Assembly: GCF_000009045.1 (NCBI RefSeq)
Contig: NC_000964.3
Span: 1,800,001 to 1,832,000, forward strand
Direction: 5' to 3'
Length of the DNA stretch: 32,000 nucleotides
DNA from: Bacillus subtilis subsp. subtilis str. 168
Lineage (GTDB): Bacteria; Bacillota; Bacilli; Bacillales; Bacillaceae
Positions 31,301 to 32,000 of this stretch are shown here, piece by piece. The translations under genes and the position numbers were made by a program. The notes beneath the pieces were generated by a model that saw nothing but the letters and a program-made list of their open reading frames with translations, was not told the DNA's origin and did no database searches. Positions within the stretch are counted from its first letter, which is position 1, and each line of letters opens with the position of its first letter.

Positions 31301-32000
31301 GCATCATTGAACCGAAAATCAACGGCACGATAGCGCTTGATGAATGGCTTAAAAATGAAGACCTTGATTTTATGTGTTATTTTTCTTCTTCTTCTGCGGT
31401 TTTAGGGGATTTTGGATGTTGTGATTATGCGATTGGCAATAGGTTTCAGATGGCTTACGCACAATACAGAAATGAGCTGCATAACGGTAAAACGTTTGTC
31501 ATCAACTGGCCTGTGTGGAAGGATGGCGGAATGAAGATCGGTGATGAGGAAACAACGGATATGTACCTGAAATCAAGCGGCCAACGCTTCCTAGAAGCCG
31601 AGGAAGGTATCCGTATGTTTGAGCACATCCTAGCTCAGCAGGATGCTCAGCATCTCGTGATAGCCGGTCAGCCCAGCCGTGTCAGCAGATTTTTAGGAAT
31701 GACTGAACCAGCTATTCCAGAACCGGCCACTCAAGCCCCTCTAGCACAAGAAAACAAGGATGAGGTAAAAACACTAAGCATTGAAAAGCGTTTAGAACAC
31801 GACTTGAAAGAGCATATTCACACATTGCTTAAGATTTCAAAGGACAAGCTGAATTTGAACAAAAATTGGGCCGACTTCGGATTTGATTCGATCTATTTGG
31901 CTAAATTCTCGAACGTGTTATCAAAGCATTTCAACATCGAAGTGACACCGGCTTTATTTTTCGGCTATTCAACTTTACAAGAATTGATCAGCTTTTTCTT
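21553..32000 (+). CDS. pksM: 5' portion (3482 complete codons) of the bacillaene trans-AT polyketide synthase subunit PksM; 3' end is beyond the window
   Basis: ATG at 21553 lies 7 nt after AGAGGAG. Hand translation shows frame 1 open to nt 31998. Domain order is DH-ACP-KS-DH-KR-MT-ACP-KS-KR-ACP. No frame-1 ORF appears in the track, consistent with no stop before the window end. Confidence 0.93.
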   Translation, partial: MITEQLHISLNNPIMSNHKVYGQALLPGLAYIDLIYQVFQEHGYAYQELELKNLTIFYPLIADESYDIALTIHVSERKEGTWSIIIDGQKQHGESLSDKRQYVTADMHRKEQTAFAESIDLNQWKSTADRILNLDEIYEQCRSQELVHTGMMKAEGQIYEAKEGAVIDLAVGQEALRHSDAFLFHPTLIDGSGIGSSCLISDQTMYLPLYYESFSASERLQKGCTARILSSSVRQKKELTYMTIEYFNSAGQKVAELKQFAGKSVRNMSAFHSAKEIQEERAAVSQNISRDYPAFEMYLRQLLAKQLERPAEQMDIHAGYYELGLDSSSLLTVVQEIGDKVGADLAPTLLFEFTTIAELAAHLADHYSIGEADDAVRQSPSPIDGVTSSPEIGEDIAIIGMAGRYPKAKNIQEFWEQLKAGTDCITEIPNSRWEWKESDGLDSPAGKPLSKWGGFIEEADCFDPQFFRISPREAEMMDPQERLFLETCWEAIEDAGYTPETIASPQGENKRQHVGVFAGVMHKDYSLIGAEALSEHNPFPLSLNYAQIANRVSYYCNFHGPSMAVDTVCSSSLTAVHLAIESIRNGECEAALAGGVNLSLHPAKYISYGSVGMHSSDGYCHTFGKGGDGYVSGEGVGTVLLKPLRKAEQDGDRIYAVIKGSAINHVGKVSGITVPSPVAQADVIEACLEKTGIDPRTISYVEAHGTGTSLGDPIEVQGLVKAFSRNTQDKQFCSIGSVKSNIGHAEAAAGISGLTKTVLQLHHKTLVPSLHSEELNPYLKLDQTPFFVQHETKEWEQPSFTENGVDVTYPRRAGLSSFGASGSNAHLILEEYIPAESHSETILTKNEEIVIPLSARNKDRLQAYALKLLDFLSEDVNLLALAYTMQAGRVEMEERAAFIVKDIKDLTAKLRAFANGEEEIEGCWTGRAKENQEAAGLASVNALNNNLIRDSEMMEMAKAWVQGKRVTWDDLYGDRKPLKISVPTYPFARERYWISVPEMKTSTVNHILHPLVHRNTSDFTEQRFSSVFTGTEFFLSDHVVQGQKILPGVAYLEMAREAAEKAAGDLDGEQRVVSLKDIVWVRPITIESEPKEIHIGLFPEDNGDISFDIYSSSEHKEEALTIHCQGRAVISDEAETSILNLSSIQTECSLDTVTSEQCYAAFRKIGLDYGEGYQGIEKVYVGKDQLLAKISLPAFLKNDKQHFALHPSLMDSAFHATVGFIVSSVNAAGQAQTLSLPFALQEVDIFSPCPEKIWSYIRYSSDSKAENKVRKYDIDLCDENGRVCVRMKGASMRALDGEQHSKPQLLTDSQLTGHTVMIPVWEPVSLEAEDNASFAGKRAVLCGAAEADRTFIKHHYPQISFVDIRPADDIEAIADKLQAYGSIDHVLWIAPSHRGSIGSDGQEEAVLHLFKLVKACLQLGYGEKQLEWSLVTVQAQPVTQHEAVQPAHASIHGLAGTMAKEYPHWKIRLLDLEKGCTWPVNHMFALPADRLGHAWAYRNQQWHQQQLIPYRSSLSGDTLYRKGGVYVVIGGAGYIGEAWSEYMIRRYQAQIVWIGRSQLNAAIQSKIDRLSALGPEPFYIAADAADKHSLQQAYEQVKKRHPHIHGIVHSAMVLFEQSLEKMKPEEFTAGLAAKIDVSIRMAQVFRQENVDFVLFFSSLVAHIKNVKQSHYASGCTFADAFAHQLSQSWACPVKVMNWGYWGNSEAAEDEHYVQLMNQIGLGLIEPAEAMKALEALLSGPVSQTAFIHTTKPVAVEGVNQNEFITLYPEQPSADAESLMERLPTTGRFQRVTHEELDDLLYRLLLGQLQTAELFDGYTLSVERLQQYKTREFYGKWIRQSSEFLLQHGYLKKVGDSLVRKDQAEDIELLWLEWNAKKEKWLKDSETKAMVVLAEAMLQALPDILTGKVPATDIMFPHSSMELVEGIYKHNQVADYFNKVLADTLLAYLDERLKHDPEASIRIMEIGAGTGGTSAGIFEKLKPYQKHINEYCYTDLSKAFLLHAEKEYGAENPYLTYQLFDVEKPIDQQEFEAGGYDVVIAANVLHATKNIRQTLRHTKAVMKNNGMLLLNEMAGNSLFPHITFGLLEGWWLYEDPAVRIPGCPGLHPDSWKAALESEGFESVFFPAEAAHDLSHQIVAASSNGLVRRMMKNVILPEKVVSQASNQEPAYIHTIDSEEAGQSKHALLREKSTEYMKKLIGETLKIPAGKIESSEPLEKYGIDSIVVVQLTNTLRKEFDHVSSTLFFEYQTIDALVEHFIKTKTEALMKLTGLDRQVQQHTPAESRTQSSQKPDQAAKRTRRFRKLGFSGEKETPTNTLASRDVAVIGISGRYPQAETAEDFWNNLKEGRNCIEEIPKDRWDWKAYYDKEKGKEGSIYTKWGGFIKDMDKFDPLFFQISPLEAERMDPQERLFLQTAYASIEDAGYTPDSLCSSRKIGVFAGVMNKNYPTGYGYWSIANRISYLLNFQGPSLAVDTACSSSLTAIHLALESIYSGSSDCAIAGGVNLVVDPVHYQNLSVMNMLSASDTCKSFGDDADGFVDGEGVGAIVLKPLQQAIADGDHIYGVIKASAINSGGKTNGYTVPNPHAQAQVIKEAIERADIPARTISYLEAHGTGTALGDPIEIAGLTKAFEKDTQEKQFCAIGSSKSNIGHCESAAGIAGLTKILFQFKYGQIAPSLHAQRLNPNIEFSHTPFVVQQQLGEWKRPVIGGQEVPRRAGLSSFGAGGSNAHIILEEYIPRTGAQTPKDHPPALIVLSAKNMERLQEKAEQLLTAIKQKRYCETDLIRIAYTLQTGREAMEERLAFIAESLEDLERKLNDFIENKADSLYLDRIDDNKKALAVLSADEDTEKIIEAWMSKGKYTKLLDLWVKGLSFDWGMLYGTQTPVRISLPAYPFAKERYWAPGAAKAPVSIEQDHDQQTEEPFKVMTFQEVWKEEPATLTSKRIKTLICFLTEREKQNAFASALKNVDQDTKVIFISQGEVYSKQSEYSYQIVRQEPVTFEKAFQSIKEELGEPDAILYMWPMEDKRCIKDHSCIVYLLQGMSAAKLHPSRLLLAGCFEDSLDRSYLESWIGFERSLGLVLPHTKVTGIFQPAEQGSMDDWTRKVWAELQASTEQTVLYQNLKRYVNHIEQTTIQPDNSKLKSGGTYLITGGVGGLGYLFAKHLAKNYAANLILTGRSPFNDEKQKQIKELKDLGGEAMYAEADVSDPIAMGDCVKRGKDRFGAINGVIHAAGIESDSAIFDKKIESFQRIIEPKINGTIALDEWLKNEDLDFMCYFSSSSAVLGDFGCCDYAIGNRFQMAYAQYRNELHNGKTFVINWPVWKDGGMKIGDEETTDMYLKSSGQRFLEAEEGIRMFEHILAQQDAQHLVIAGQPSRVSRFLGMTEPAIPEPATQAPLAQENKDEVKTLSIEKRLEHDLKEHIHTLLKISKDKLNLNKNWADFGFDSIYLAKFSNVLSKHFNIEVTPALFFGYSTLQELISFF
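22432..22653 (+). other. pksM: PksM ACP 1
   Basis: YYELGLDSSSLL, Ser codon 22531-22533. Confidence 0.85.
22732..24048 (+). other. pksM: PksM KS 1, catalytically complete
   Basis: EDIAIIGMAGRYP start. Cys 23257-23259. EAHGTGT His 23662-23664. NIGH His 23782-23784. Confidence 0.92.
24571..25440 (+). other. pksM: PksM DH
   Basis: HVVQGQKILP (His 24664-24666, Pro 24691-24693). HPSLMDSAFH (Asp 25183-25185, His 25195-25197). Confidence 0.87.
25500..26810 (+). other. pksM: PksM KR 1, with an atypical nucleotide-binding motif
   Basis: GGVYVVIGGAGYIGEAW from 26119. A SHYASG Tyr-containing segment lies downstream. It occupies the KR position between DH and MT. Confidence 0.75.
26930..27985 (+). other. 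pksM: PksM SAM-dependent C-methyltransferase (MT) domain
   Basis: Class I MT motif I, EIGAGTGG, at 27442-27465. YDVVIAANVLHAT lies downstream at about 27655-27695. Confidence 0.88.
28117..28330 (+). other. pksM: PksM ACP 2
   Basis: EKYGIDSIVVVQ, Ser codon 28216-28218. Confidence 0.88.
28510..29757 (+). other. pksM: PksM KS 2, catalytically complete
   Basis: RDVAVIGISGRYP start. Cys 28978-28980. EAHGTGT His 29383-29385. NIGH His 29503-29505. Confidence 0.92.
30300..31690 (+). other. pksM: PksM KR 2
   Basis: GGTYLITGGVGGLG from 30982. A CCDYAIGN Tyr segment lies at about 31420-31445. Confidence 0.82.
31783..32000 (+). other. pksM: PksM ACP 3 (C-terminal edge at or just beyond the window end)
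   Basis: ADFGFDSIYLAK, Ser codon 31888-31890. Confidence 0.8.

Noticed and set aside
21553-32000. Absence of a long ORF in the track after 21537, which might suggest a pseudogene or frameshifted pksM
   Set aside because: Hand translation of frame 1 from ATG 21553 shows no stop through 31998, with all domain motifs in one frame. The ORF is unlisted only because it has no stop inside the window.

Overview
The whole 32 kb window is coding sequence on the + strand from one operon. I recognise it as the Bacillus subtilis-type pksX (bacillaene) trans-AT polyketide synthase locus. It holds the 3' 7.9 kb of pksJ (5' end off-window), all of pksL (7921..21537; I recall 4538 aa for B. subtilis PksL, unverified here), and the first 10.4 kb of pksM (21553 to the window end). 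pksM is missing from the ORF track only because it has no stop codon in the window. I translated frame 1 from 21553 to 31998 by hand and it is open throughout.

Domain order read from motifs:
- PksJ (C-terminal part): DH-KR-ACP-ACP-KS-KR-ACP-KS0
- PksL: DH-ACP-KS-DH-KR-ACP-KS-ACP-ACP-KS-KR-ACP-KS0
- PksM (N-terminal part): DH-ACP-KS-DH-KR-MT-ACP-KS-KR-ACP...

There is no acyltransferase domain anywhere, so this is a trans-AT system. Gene junctions are 1 nt or overlapping (pksJ/pksL) and 15 nt (pksL/pksM), each with a Shine-Dalgarno sequence. I found no rRNA, tRNA, mobile element, CRISPR array, terminator or free intergenic space. All other track ORFs are off-frame or antisense shadows inside the megasynthase genes.

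I cannot support an undescribed system here. The points worth a second look are internal to the PKS:
- a roughly 7 kb multi-domain block that includes the subunit break point and occurs twice
- two His-to-Asn KS0 domains at subunit ends, followed by divergent N-terminal DH domains
- short C-terminal tails that may be docking elements
- two tandem ACP doublets, only one carrying the Trp flag associated with beta-branching
- a probable mis-called pksL start codon

Domain boundaries are approximate (tens of nt). Motif codon coordinates were counted directly.
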